NCBI GenBank assembly: GCA_016183535.1
Contig: JACPEK010000001.1
Span: forward strand, 15,519 to 79,518
Source of the DNA: Candidatus Brennerbacteria bacterium
Lineage (GTDB): Bacteria > Patescibacteriota > Minisyncoccia > UBA6257 > GWB1-50-10
DNA length: 64,000 bases
Reading direction: 5' to 3'
The position numbers and the translations under genes are program-made. This document shows, in pieces, positions 28,480 to 37,748 of this stretch. Position 1 is the first letter of the stretch; each line of letters starts with the position of its first letter. The notes beneath the pieces are model-generated. The model was given only the letters and a program-made list of their open reading frames with translations, was not told the origin of the DNA and searched no databases.

Positions 28480-29241
28480 TCACTCTCTTTGTTCAAGTTC
28501 GCACGCCGCCTTGCGATAGGCACAAAAATCACAATCTCCTCCCGCAGGCGGAATTTTATCGCTCCGCAGGCACGCGTGTATGGCGTAGATGACGTCCTCC
28601 ACCCAGGCGTCATCGCCTTCATACGGGATAAGTTTCACATCAAACTCCAGCCGCCCGTCGAAAGCCGCGCGGTCGGTCTTCCCGTTCACGTAGACAAAAT
28701 AACCGGTTTTCGACACCGCGAATTCATTCTTCCGGAAAAGCCATTGGTACACCTCCATCTGTCGTTTGTATCCTATCTGCCAGTCCGCGTCCAAAGACAC
28801 CTCGGCATCTTTCGCGGTCGCCTTGTAATCCACAATCATAAGCTCCCCTTTCGGAGTAACCCAGAGGTCGTCGATGCCGCCCGTGAGAATCAGGTTTGTC
28901 GGTTCATGGAAATACGTTATGCCGCCGCCCAAGGAATCACGCCACTGATCCATCCGTTCATGCGCCATCGGTACCGCGTCTACGCCGTATTGCTCCATGA
29001 GAGGATGTTTGGTTTTCGCCGCGCGATGGATATCAAACTCTTTCTTAAGAAGTTTGTCGACGGCGCTGTTCAAAGAGAACGGGAATCCCGGCGGCTGACC
29101 CACCCCGAGCCGGCGATCCAGATAAAAACAGCGCGGGCAGTTAAGAAAGAGATCAATCTTGGAACGGCTCAAACGGAACGGTTCCTTGCTTTTCGGGTCG
29201 TAAAGATTTCGCGCCCGTTTCGGATTGTAATATTTTGACAT
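28480..29241 (-). CDS. PD-(D/E)XK nuclease, Cas4/RecB-like with Fe-S cysteines
   Basis: 253-aa ORF; N-terminal CPRC, ..MIVDYKATAKD.. (D-x-K), QMEVY (QxxxY), C-terminal C-x2-C-x6-C. Confidence 0.6.
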   Translation of the reverse strand: MSKYYNPKRARNLYDPKSKEPFRLSRSKIDLFLNCPRCFYLDRRLGVGQPPGFPFSLNSAVDKLLKKEFDIHRAAKTKHPLMEQYGVDAVPMAHERMDQWRDSLGGGITYFHEPTNLILTGGIDDLWVTPKGELMIVDYKATAKDAEVSLDADWQIGYKRQMEVYQWLFRKNEFAVSKTGYFVYVNGKTDRAAFDGRLEFDVKLIPYEGDDAWVEDVIYAIHACLRSDKIPPAGGDCDFCAYRKAACELEQRE

Positions 29242-29274
29242 ATTCTTTTTATGATACTATCCCCGTTGATATCC

Positions 29275-29670
29275 TCATGGTTTCTTTTCTAATTCCAGAC
29301 ACGTCGAGTTGATGCAGTAACGTTTTTCTCCTTTTCCGCCGGCGGGCGGACTCGGCCCATCGTCGAAGACGTGGCCAAGGTGAGAACCGCAGTTTCCGCA
29401 TCGCACCTCGACTCGGTTCATCCCGTAATTTCGATCTTCCCTCAATTCCACATTTGCGCGATTCACGGGTTCTGTGAAACTGGGCCATCCCGTGCCAGAA
29501 TCAAACTTTACACTCGATGAAAAAAGCTCCGCGCCGCACGCGCGGCACCGATAGGTACCCTCCGCGTGTTCGTTCACATATTTGCCGGTGAACGGCGCCT
29601 CGGTTCCCTGTTGGCGCAGGATGCGGTACTCCTCGGGCGTGAGCTTCTCCTTGAAATCCTCCTCGGTCAT
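29275..29670 (-). CDS. msrB: peptide-methionine (R)-S-oxide reductase MsrB
   Basis: ATG 29670 (MTEEDFKEKLTPEEY..); two CxxC zinc motifs and catalytic ..RYCINS.. Confidence 0.85.
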   Translation of the reverse strand: MTEEDFKEKLTPEEYRILRQQGTEAPFTGKYVNEHAEGTYRCRACGAELFSSSVKFDSGTGWPSFTEPVNRANVELREDRNYGMNRVEVRCGNCGSHLGHVFDDGPSPPAGGKGEKRYCINSTCLELEKKP

Positions 29671-29704
29671 TGCTATCATCATAACAATGGCAAACAAGAA
29701 ACGA

Positions 29705-29746
29705 AAGCGGGCGGGAAAAAAACACGCGAAGCGGGCGGGAAAAAAA
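29705..29746 (+). repeat. direct repeat AAGCGGGCGGGAAAAAAA x2 (24-bp period)
   Basis: Copies at 29705-29722 and 29729-29746 in the msrB upstream region; would encode a 26-aa basic peptide MANKKRKRAGKKHAKRAGKKISLRYR. Confidence 0.5.
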
Positions 29747-29772
29747 ATTTCTCTGCGTTATCGGTAAGCATT

Positions 29773-29800
29773 AAAAATGCCGCTTGAGGGCGGCTTTTTC
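29773..29800. terminator. intrinsic terminator GCCGC-ttgagg-GCGGC flanked by AAAAAT and TTTTTC
   Basis: Hairpin overlapping the metallopeptidase stop; U-tract on both strands. Confidence 0.55.
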
Positions 29801-30176
29801 ATTCCCGATTGCGTTCGGCTCGCGCCACTTCGTCCTCGTCCATACCGAAATGGTGGGCGATTTCGTGCCGGACGGTATCCGCAACCACGCGCGCCACATC
29901 TTCATCGTTTTCCGCTTCTTCAAGCGTCGGCAGTTTGAAAATAGTGATACGGTCCGGAAAATCGCGGTGAGTGTGGCCGCCCTCAAGATTCGATATACCC
30001 TCGTACAGGCCAAGGAGCGAGTCTCCGCTTTCGGGGTGAATGCGAACACTCTCAAGTTGTTCATCGCCCGGCTCATCCGCGATGAGCACCGCCACATTCT
30101 TGAGTTTCTCCTGAAATCGTTCCGGTACCATCTCAATGCCGCGAATGACAAACTCCTCGAACCGCTCGTCAGTCAT
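29799..30176 (-). CDS. zinc metallopeptidase-family protein (HExxH, DUF1025-like)
   Basis: ATG 30176 (MTDERFEEF..); ..HEIAHHFG.. motif. Confidence 0.7.
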   Translation of the reverse strand: MTDERFEEFVIRGIEMVPERFQEKLKNVAVLIADEPGDEQLESVRIHPESGDSLLGLYEGISNLEGGHTHRDFPDRITIFKLPTLEEAENDEDVARVVADTVRHEIAHHFGMDEDEVARAERNRE

Positions 30177-30227
30177 GCGGTTCAGTTTATCATGGCGCGC
30201 GCCGTTTGAAATCAACCACGACGAGGT

Positions 30228-30338
30228 TTAAGGAAGATGACTTAATGCGTACGCAAAAAATGCAAACCCCGCCATGAGAAGCGTGGAGGTCAAGCCGATC
30301 ACGCTCCAGGCAAAGGTGATGCTCCCCCGGGTATTCAT
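30228..30338 (-). CDS. possible 36-aa hydrophobic micro-protein
   Basis: Not in ORF track (<60 aa); ATG 30338..TAA 30228 encodes MNTRGSITFAWSVIGLTSTLLMAGFAFFAYALSHLP (one TM). Confidence 0.2.
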   Translation of the reverse strand: MNTRGSITFAWSVIGLTSTLLMAGFAFFAYALSHLP

Positions 30339-30426
30339 GGTTTCTTTTTTGTCTTGAAAAATCTCCCGTTCCATATTTCTTGCCGTTCACTAAGGAGAAC
30401 GAACCAGAACGAAAAACGTAACAAGT

Positions 30427-30458
30427 AAAAAACCCCGATTTGTGAATCGGGGTTTTCA
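30427..30458. terminator. bidirectional intrinsic terminator AAAAAA-CCCCGATT-tgtga-AATCGGGG-TTTTC
   Basis: Perfect 8-bp stem with A- and T-tracts, overlapping the stop of the 30456 gene. Confidence 0.6.
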
Positions 30459-30821
30459 AACCTCCTCGACGGGGGTGTTGGTGTACGAGAACCAAGAACA
30501 AAACCCCACCCGTTCAGGTATAAGCTTCCTTACAAGGTTTCCGAACCTTGTTTGGAGCTCGTGGAGCGTTTTCGAGCCGGCTACCTCCTCGACGCTTGCG
30601 CCGAAAACAACGAGCATCTCGATATCGTAGGAACGTGCATTGTCGGCGCCGGGAGAATCTTTCGTTTCGATTCTGACATCGTCGGCGCAAAAGCGGAACG
30701 CATTCGAGCCGTCGCCGTTGCCGGAAAAGCACTCGACGGCGATGTTGGGAACCCGCTTCGCGAGAATTCCCACCAGGACATCGGGGCACCGTTCCGGATC
30801 CCTTTCTATAAGAATCTTCAT
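30456..30821 (-). CDS. hypothetical protein (121 aa)
   Basis: ATG 30821 preceded by AAGGAG SD; no family recognised. Confidence 0.5.
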   Translation of the reverse strand: MKILIERDPERCPDVLVGILAKRVPNIAVECFSGNGDGSNAFRFCADDVRIETKDSPGADNARSYDIEMLVVFGASVEEVAGSKTLHELQTRFGNLVRKLIPERVGFCSWFSYTNTPVEEV

Positions 30822-30882
30822 TTTTTTCTCCTTATTGTTAACGCAACTCTGACAAGAGCGTCGCATATTTACCTAGGATATG

Positions 30883-31899
30883 TCAATTTCGAGGAAGAAG
30901 CGCCGCGCCAAGGACGCCATTCACCGCTTCAATAAATCTCATGGGGTCCACGCTGGCGTTCCGGATGCGTACGGAAAAATGGAGATGGGGCGCGATCGAG
31001 TATCCCGTATTTCCCGACTTCGCGATCATCTGCCCGCGCGCGACTCCATCCCCCGCTTTCACATCGAGTGCGCTCAAGTGAAGGTAGAAAGAGAAGATAC
31101 CGAGTCCGTGGTCGACCACGATGGTGTTCCCATAGTTTACGAACATTTCAGCGAGATTCACCACGCCGTCGTTTATGGCGTAGACCGGCGTGCCCTCTGC
31201 GGCATCGAGATCGACGCCTAAATGTTGTAGCTCCACGTCGCCATTCTTTCGGATATTTCCATACGCGCCGACCACCGCCATGCGGTCCAACGGATTCACA
31301 AACGGTTTTGAAAAGCGGGCGGTGGACGTATAGATGAGCGCGCTGTTTAAGCGAATATTCTCCGCCGCGATGTTGGTTTGGATCGAAAGCGGTGCGTACC
31401 CATGCGCTTCAAGTTCTGGCGTTACCACGAGTACCGTTACCGGAAACGCGCGCTTCGTAACGGTAATCTGGCGCGCGAGAGTGCTCGTACCGAACGCGAC
31501 GGTAAAAGGGTATGTGCCCGAAACCTGCTTCGCGTCCGCGCCGAGAAACGCCACCATTCGGTTTCCTTTTGTAAGGAAATTGTAACTGCGATCATACCAC
31601 TCCAGGATTGGCGTGACTCCTTCAGGAGTATTTTCGAGGGAAACAATGAAAACGTCCGACTGCTCGACACGATTTGATAACAAGAAGGAAAGCGTAGGAA
31701 GCGCAACTTCGGTATTTTGGGGAACAATTTCGAAAGGGGCGGCCGAGGGAACGGGGGACGGCGGCACCTCGTAGGTAAGAATTCTCGCCCATTGGTTTCG
31801 TTCAAGAAGAGCGCGCACCGCCGCACCCGCCGTAAGAAAAAGTACAACACCGAGAAACACCCGCACCACTATCCAGTCAAAACGAAGACATTTCTTCAT
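30883..31899 (-). CDS. M23-family metallopeptidase (LytM domain) with N-terminal TM
   Basis: ATG 31899 (MKKCLRFDW..); ..HLGVDL..GTPVYA..VVDHGLG..GNTGYSIAPHLHF.. Confidence 0.8.
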   Translation of the reverse strand: MKKCLRFDWIVVRVFLGVVLFLTAGAAVRALLERNQWARILTYEVPPSPVPSAAPFEIVPQNTEVALPTLSFLLSNRVEQSDVFIVSLENTPEGVTPILEWYDRSYNFLTKGNRMVAFLGADAKQVSGTYPFTVAFGTSTLARQITVTKRAFPVTVLVVTPELEAHGYAPLSIQTNIAAENIRLNSALIYTSTARFSKPFVNPLDRMAVVGAYGNIRKNGDVELQHLGVDLDAAEGTPVYAINDGVVNLAEMFVNYGNTIVVDHGLGIFSFYLHLSALDVKAGDGVARGQMIAKSGNTGYSIAPHLHFSVRIRNASVDPMRFIEAVNGVLGAALLPRN

Positions 31900-31901
31900 T
31901 A

Positions 31902-32747
31902 CTACCGGAAATTCCGCGCAGTGAGCGAACGGAGAAAGTCGTGTACTTTCATGTTTTCCTCTTTGTGGGTGGGATTGAGCGCGCGGATCCATCGAACAAA
32001 CGCGCCCCACCGTTTTTCATCAAGCACCTCCGTTTTCTGCATGTTAAAAAGCGCTTTCACGGTGACCCCCTTCTCTGCGATCGCTTTTTCATAGGAAGTC
32101 CAATTCACCCCCACATCCTCGACCTGCTCTCTGAAGTTTTCTTGAGCGTCCGCGAACATATCGCGCATATCCTCAATAAGCCCTTTTGTCATGAGGAGGT
32201 ATTCACTCTGACTCGAGGTAAGATTGAGGATTTTAGAGTGACTCCCGAGATGTGCGAGCTCCTCTTCGAGGTGGGCAAGCTCTTTAATAATCTCCTCCTG
32301 TCCGTCGAGCGAGAATTCTTCGAATGATTCTCTCACTTCTTCGAGGGCTACGGTTTTCTCGGGAAGTGTTTCAAGGAGATCGGTGTATACCGCGCGTGCG
32401 GCGAGCCATTCAGGAATTTTCATATCTCGCAACTCCTCGACCGGAATTCGTTCAAGCGGAAGCGTAGGAATTTTTTTCTCCTGTATCGCCTCAAAGGCAT
32501 TCCTTGCGGAAATTTCTTTCTCTACGCCCGGAGCTTGCGGTTTTTTCCATTCGTACTCGTAAGGATTTTTCACACTCTCGCCGGCGGTGGATTTCCCTTC
32601 AATATATTCCACTACGTTGAATTTTCCGGACGCGTCCATTTTTAAAACGTATGCTGGATTCCCTTTAAGCCCTCGGTCAAACACGCGTATCTCCGAACCG
32701 TCTGGTTTGAGATAGTGGTTTTCGATCGCAACAGCTTTTGCTTTCAA
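31902..32747 (-). CDS. hypothetical acidic protein; likely C-terminal part of a fragmented gene
   Basis: ORF opens with TTG two codons after an in-frame TGA that ends the preceding ORF (same frame). Confidence 0.4.
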   Translation of the reverse strand: MKAKAVAIENHYLKPDGSEIRVFDRGLKGNPAYVLKMDASGKFNVVEYIEGKSTAGESVKNPYEYEWKKPQAPGVEKEISARNAFEAIQEKKIPTLPLERIPVEELRDMKIPEWLAARAVYTDLLETLPEKTVALEEVRESFEEFSLDGQEEIIKELAHLEEELAHLGSHSKILNLTSSQSEYLLMTKGLIEDMRDMFADAQENFREQVEDVGVNWTSYEKAIAEKGVTVKALFNMQKTEVLDEKRWGAFVRWIRALNPTHKEENMKVHDFLRSLTARNFR

Positions 32748-32753
32748 AACAGC

Positions 32754-33254
32754 TCACGCGTCCAGATCCACTCCACTTTCCGGTGAATAACCGAATGTTC
32801 TAGGATCCGCTTTGAGCTGGCGGAGAATGGCGTGGGTAACACCTTCGCCTTTCCTTACCGTCGCAAGCTCGATTAGATTCCCTTCGAGTTCCACAGAGGC
32901 CGGACGCGGTATTTCCTGTTCTATTTCCGATTCAAGGAGAGGGTTTTCCTTTCCAATCTCGGCGTGTTCTTTAAGATTTATATGGATCTGTTCTTGGAGA
33001 TCGGGCGCCGCACCCGTCGGATATTCCTGTCTCGTCGCACTATCAACCTCAATGCTGTCTATGGAATCCTGTTCCAAAACGGGTGGTTTTGCTATAGCGA
33101 TCTTCTCGGGTAGGTCGTCAAGGACGTCTTTTTTGTCCTGTCCGTCGAGAAACTCTACGATTTTTCCTCCAAGCACGCGGTCGAGAGAAAGAAATAGCGT
33201 TTCAGCGGTGGCCACGCCGACAGCCGCTTTGCCGGCGATTTCGGCATACCGCAC
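32754..33254 (-). CDS. hypothetical protein; likely middle part of the fragmented gene
   Basis: GTG-initiated ORF overlapping the upstream ORF by 100 nt in another frame. Confidence 0.35.
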   Translation of the reverse strand: MRYAEIAGKAAVGVATAETLFLSLDRVLGGKIVEFLDGQDKKDVLDDLPEKIAIAKPPVLEQDSIDSIEVDSATRQEYPTGAAPDLQEQIHINLKEHAEIGKENPLLESEIEQEIPRPASVELEGNLIELATVRKGEGVTHAILRQLKADPRTFGYSPESGVDLDA

Positions 33255-34384
33255 ACATCCACAGTACCGAATTGTCCGACCACGCGATCGTAGTCGCGAA
33301 GACGCCGTTCAAATCGATGGAATAATCGTTCGCGTTTTATTTTCTTCTCCTCGGGGGAAAGTTTCTTATTTTCTTCAATTCCCTCGATTTTCGAACCGAG
33401 GAGTCCTACCGAGATTTCGATATGAGTCCTCAAAATTCCTTGCACTACCCTATTTACCAAACTTGGTTGTTCCGGAGTTTTGCAGTACAGGCGCTCCAGA
33501 AGATCGTGCGGCAGGTATTCGCGATACGCCTTATCGAGATCTCGCGCAGAAACCTTTCTCGCTCCCGCCCGCACTTTTGCGGCCTCGTATATTTTGAAGC
33601 CTTCTCCGGCCGCCTTGTCCGCATCTTCGATGCGCGTCTTTTCGACAACCTTTTCATTCTCAAAACGCACTTCCTTCATGGCTTCCGCACCGCGGGCGAA
33701 CGCCATGCCGGCCATCATGACATAGCGGAGCGGCGCCGCGACGGTCCATCCCGCGACATCAGCGATGGTGCGCCCGTACTTCATAAGATTGCCGAAGAGA
33801 TACCCCGCGTTCGCGAGGGTTTCGCGATTCTTTGTTTTCTCAACCGTTTCTATACGCTCCCGCGCTTTTTCGGCATCTTTCTCGAACTGGTTTTCTAATT
33901 TCTCTACGAACTTTGTTATGACCCCGCCTCTTTTGTCCTTGTCGACGGCCGCAAGCTTATTAAAGACTCCAGCAAAGAAAAGATTCTTTTTTTCTTCCGC
34001 ATAGAATCCGAGGTTGCGAAGCGCCACACCAATTTTCTCACGTTCCGTCTCCGGCATCTTTTCAAGATCCGGACGCAACGCCGCGGCTTCCTTTTCGAGG
34101 TGTGCTTCGCTTTCAGGGTACGCCTTGCCTTTTTCGTTAAGACGATGGGTATATGTTTCCGGTCTCTCCGAGCGCTCCGCCGTCAGCTCGGTTCTCTCTT
34201 TATTTTCACTCACTAGCTTCTCTACCGACGCTTCCGGCACCACTGCGGTTTCGGCGGTTCTTTCCGCGGCGCGTGAAAACGCTTCAACCGCAATGTCCTC
34301 CACGCCACTCACTCCGAAGTAAACTTTTTCTTTCTTGTTTTCTTCGGGTGACGGGGCCATTTCTCCAAAACCAAGTCCTGCCAT
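33155..34384 (-). CDS. hypothetical E/K-rich coiled-coil protein; likely N-terminal part of the fragmented gene
   Basis: 409-aa ORF, ~35% charged residues; last ~30 codons look non-coding-like. Confidence 0.45.
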   Translation of the reverse strand: MAGLGFGEMAPSPEENKKEKVYFGVSGVEDIAVEAFSRAAERTAETAVVPEASVEKLVSENKERTELTAERSERPETYTHRLNEKGKAYPESEAHLEKEAAALRPDLEKMPETEREKIGVALRNLGFYAEEKKNLFFAGVFNKLAAVDKDKRGGVITKFVEKLENQFEKDAEKARERIETVEKTKNRETLANAGYLFGNLMKYGRTIADVAGWTVAAPLRYVMMAGMAFARGAEAMKEVRFENEKVVEKTRIEDADKAAGEGFKIYEAAKVRAGARKVSARDLDKAYREYLPHDLLERLYCKTPEQPSLVNRVVQGILRTHIEISVGLLGSKIEGIEENKKLSPEEKKIKRERLFHRFERRLRDYDRVVGQFGTVDVCGMPKSPAKRLSAWPPLKRYFFLSTACLEEKS

Positions 34385-34430
34385 ATGAAAAATAATACTA
34401 TAAAAAATTGCGGGTTGTATAGAACATATC

Positions 34431-35138
34431 TCAAAGGCCTAATTTGTTGAGAAAACGCAGTTGCTCCGTCGGCACAAGCTCCCTTCCTTCCCCCGGCTTC
34501 AGATTCCCGAGCCGAATATCCATAATGCGGGTGCGGCAGAGCTCCAGCACGCGGTAATCGAACGCGGCGCACATACGCCGTATCTCATGACGCCTTCCCT
34601 CGGTCAGTACGATGGAAAAACTCCGCTCTCCCATCCGCTTTGTCCGCGCGGGCTTGGTCTTGAGGCCGTCTTCCAATGTGATGCCTTCGGAAAGCTTGTT
34701 GAGAAATCCGGGCCTTACCACCTTGTCCACCCTTACGTAATACTCCTTCTCATGACCCTCATCAGCGTCCAAAAGACGCCCCGTCACCCTCCCATCATTC
34801 GTGAGAATAATGAGTCCGTGCGAATCCTTGTCTAAACGTCCCATAGGAGAAAGCGACGCCCTAAAATGGAATACGTCTGCGATCGCTTGTTCATTCTCCC
34901 GAGGGCTGTGGGTTACGATGCCGATCGGCTTATGATAGGCGACATAATATTTTTCTTTCGCGGCGCCGCGCACTTCCACTTTGTCGGCAGGACCCACGCG
35001 GTCGCCAAGTTTTGCGCGTCTTCCATTTATGAATACAAGGCCAGCGGCGATCGCCGCGTCGGCCTCGCGCCGGCTCGCAATGCCCGCGCGCGCGAGGTGA
35101 GCATTGATGCGTTCTCCTCGTCGTTTTATCTTTTCCAT
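34431..35138 (-). CDS. RsuA/RluB-family rRNA pseudouridine synthase
   Basis: ATG 35138 (MEKIKRRGERINAHLARAGIASRREAD.. S4 domain); ..GRLDKDSHGLIILTNDG.. Confidence 0.8.
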   Translation of the reverse strand: MEKIKRRGERINAHLARAGIASRREADAAIAAGLVFINGRRAKLGDRVGPADKVEVRGAAKEKYYVAYHKPIGIVTHSPRENEQAIADVFHFRASLSPMGRLDKDSHGLIILTNDGRVTGRLLDADEGHEKEYYVRVDKVVRPGFLNKLSEGITLEDGLKTKPARTKRMGERSFSIVLTEGRRHEIRRMCAAFDYRVLELCRTRIMDIRLGNLKPGEGRELVPTEQLRFLNKLGL

Positions 35139-35746
35139 TGCGTAATTTTTCCCGCGCGGCGTTCGATGATATCCGCCGGCCGCAGTTTCGTCCCTGCCGG
35201 AACAATCTGAAAATGAGGGGCGCGGTCGAGTTTGTCTATGAGATCCCAAAGATCTTTTTTTGATGTAAGCCAATCCCGTTTATACAGGAGGAGATCAAAC
35301 GGCGCAGAATGACTTTTGAGCGTTTTGCGTCCGTTGTCGAGAAAGTATTCATGGAAATATGACATCGTGAGCTCGCGCGGCGAAACATACACAGGCTCGC
35401 GATAGCGGAGCACGGCATGATTGGTTTTGCTCACCGCGCCCCAGCGGCCGCCGCGTTTGAAGAGTGCCACCACATGGCTCTCATCGCCGCGCCCCGTTTT
35501 TAAATCCAAGAGGAACGGGCGTTCTCCGTGATACCAGAACGCGGCGGCGGCGAGGAGCGCACCTTCTATGCAGTGGGCCGTCCCGACGCGAAGGGTCGTA
35601 AGCGGCGAGCGGCACGTGCTTCCCTTTCGTTCAAAGTTGATCGGGAATGTTTCAACAAAGTCCTGCACACGCGCCGGCGTGTTGAGTTTTTTAAAAACCG
35701 AAAACGCTCCGAGGTATTGGGCCGGAAAACGCTTCATGCCGGCCAT
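35126..35746 (-). CDS. hypothetical protein with papain/transglutaminase-like Cys..His signature
   Basis: 206-aa ORF; ..GTAHCIEGALLAAAAF.. then ..GDESHVVALF.. Confidence 0.4.
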   Translation of the reverse strand: MAGMKRFPAQYLGAFSVFKKLNTPARVQDFVETFPINFERKGSTCRSPLTTLRVGTAHCIEGALLAAAAFWYHGERPFLLDLKTGRGDESHVVALFKRGGRWGAVSKTNHAVLRYREPVYVSPRELTMSYFHEYFLDNGRKTLKSHSAPFDLLLYKRDWLTSKKDLWDLIDKLDRAPHFQIVPAGTKLRPADIIERRAGKITQWKR

Positions 35747-35764
35747 TATAACCCGCTTTTGCCG

Positions 35765-36988
35765 TTATTCGTACCGGAGCGCTTCGATAGGATTCAGACC
35801 GGCGGCGCGGCGGGCGGGATAGTAGCCGAAAACGATGCCGATCGCGGCCGCCACGCCGAACGCGAGGAGTACGGAGATGAGCGACACCTCCGTCTGAATG
35901 AGGTCAAAGAACGAAAAGGCGTACGCGGCGAGCCATCCGAGCGCAATGCCGATGACGCCGCCCGCGCACGTGAGCGCCACCGACTCGATGAGGAATTGCG
36001 CGCTGATGTCGCGATTCCGCGCTCCGATGGCCTTGCGGAGCCCGATCTCCCGCGTGCGTTCCGTCACCGTCGTGAGCATCATGTTCATGATGCCGATGCC
36101 GCCGACAAGAAGCGAGATGCCGGCGATCGCGCCGAGGAGCATGGTCAGGGTGTCGGTGATGGAGCTTGCGCTCGCAATGAGATCGGACTGGCTCAAGACG
36201 CGAAAATCCGCCTCGTCGGGATCCACGATGCGGTGGCGCGCGAGGAGCAAGTCTGTGATATCCGCCTGCACCGCAGTCATCGCCTCGGCGCGCTCGGCCT
36301 GCACGGAGAGGGTTGAAAGATAATCGTCGCCCGCGAGAAATTTCTGCGCGGACGAGAGCGGCACGAATACCATGTCGTCCTGGCTCCCGAATCCGCCGCC
36401 GCCCTTCGCCTCCATCACGCCCACGACGGTGAATTGCATGCCGTTCACCCGCACGGTGTTCCCCACCGCCGACGCGCCCTCGCCAAAGAGATCGTCGCGC
36501 GCCGAGGCGCCGAGCGCCACGACCTTCGCAACGCCCCGCAGATGAGTCTCGGTGATAAAAGAGCCCTCCGCGACCGTCATGTTGCGTACCAAAGGGTAGT
36601 CCGGCACCGTGCCGACCACCTGCGTATTCACGTTCGTGCCCCGTGCCACGATTTGATAGCGCCCCGAGAGCTCGGGCGCGACGGCCGCAACTCCCGCAAC
36701 CCCGTCCGCGATGGCGTCCGCGTCCTCCGACGTAAGGCTTCGCGCGGAACCGACGCTTTGACGCACTTGATTGCCGGGGGCGCTCTGCATGCCCGGAAAC
36801 ACCGTGAGGAGATTTGAGCCGATGGACTGGATGTTCGACTCAATGGCGTGCTGGGCGCCCTGCCCCACCGACACGAGCGCGATGACCGAGCTAATGCCGA
36901 TAACGATGCCGAGCACTGTGAGACCCGTGCGCACGCGGTTCGCGGTGAGCGCCTCGTACGTTTCCTGGATGGTGTCGGAGAATAGCAT
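35765..36988 (-). CDS. ABC transporter permease, MacB/FtsX-like
   Basis: ATG 36988 (MLFSDTIQ..); MacB periplasmic domain and C-terminal FtsX 4-TM domain. Confidence 0.85.
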   Translation of the reverse strand: MLFSDTIQETYEALTANRVRTGLTVLGIVIGISSVIALVSVGQGAQHAIESNIQSIGSNLLTVFPGMQSAPGNQVRQSVGSARSLTSEDADAIADGVAGVAAVAPELSGRYQIVARGTNVNTQVVGTVPDYPLVRNMTVAEGSFITETHLRGVAKVVALGASARDDLFGEGASAVGNTVRVNGMQFTVVGVMEAKGGGGFGSQDDMVFVPLSSAQKFLAGDDYLSTLSVQAERAEAMTAVQADITDLLLARHRIVDPDEADFRVLSQSDLIASASSITDTLTMLLGAIAGISLLVGGIGIMNMMLTTVTERTREIGLRKAIGARNRDISAQFLIESVALTCAGGVIGIALGWLAAYAFSFFDLIQTEVSLISVLLAFGVAAAIGIVFGYYPARRAAGLNPIEALRYE

Positions 36989-37022
36989 AGCGCGACGTAA
37001 ATAGTATTGATTGGATGCAAAC

Positions 37023-37736
37023 CTATGAATGATGCGAATGAAGTGATTTTCGCGCGTGATTACGCCCGTCCTCGACGATCCGCCCGTCGCGCACGTGGAT
37101 GATGCGCGCCGCGTGCGCGGCAACATCCGATTCGTGTGTGATGAGCACGATGGTTCGCTTCTCGTCCGCGTTCAAACGCTGGAAGGTTTCGAGCACGATC
37201 TCCCCCGTTGCGGTGTCGAGATTGCCGGTCGGCTCGTCCGCGAGAATGAGCGAGGGGTCGTTCACGAGGGCGCGGGCGATCGCGACCCGCTGGATCTGCC
37301 CGCCCGAGAGTTCGTTCGATCGGTGGTTGAAATGGCTCTCGGGGAGCCCCACGCTTAGAAGCGCCGCGCGCGCGGCACGCTCCCGTCGCTCACGCGGCAC
37401 GCCCGCATAGAGGAGCGGGAGTATCGCGTTTCGCAGGACGGTGGCGCGCGGGAGCAGATTGAACGACTGGAACACAAATCCTATCTTTTCCTTTCGGATA
37501 TCGGCGAGCTCCTCGTCAGAGAGCTTCGACACGTCTTTCCCGTCAAGAAAATAGGAACCGGCGGTCGGCGCGTCGAGACACCCAAGAATATGCATGAGTG
37601 TGGACTTGCCGGATCCCGAAGGGCCCATAATCGCAACAAACTCCCCGTCCTCAATCGTAAAATCCACGCCACGGAGCGCGTGGGTGATGTTCTCTCCCGC
37701 TCCGTATATTTTCGCAACATCCCGTACTTCGATCAT
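37023..37736 (-). CDS. ABC transporter ATP-binding protein (MacB/LolD class)
   Basis: Walker A GPSGSGKST, signature LSGGQIQRVAIARAL, Walker B ILADEPTGNLD. Confidence 0.9.
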   Translation of the reverse strand: MIEVRDVAKIYGAGENITHALRGVDFTIEDGEFVAIMGPSGSGKSTLMHILGCLDAPTAGSYFLDGKDVSKLSDEELADIRKEKIGFVFQSFNLLPRATVLRNAILPLLYAGVPRERRERAARAALLSVGLPESHFNHRSNELSGGQIQRVAIARALVNDPSLILADEPTGNLDTATGEIVLETFQRLNADEKRTIVLITHESDVAAHAARIIHVRDGRIVEDGRNHARKSLHSHHS

Positions 37737-37748
37737 GCGATGTTTGGG

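Noticed and set aside
29582-29767. 61-aa plus ORF MPVNGASVPCWRRMRY.. overlapping msrB
   Set aside because: Antisense to msrB coding sequence. Only the last 26 codons (from ATG 29687) lie outside msrB, and they are the repeat-encoded basic peptide noted separately
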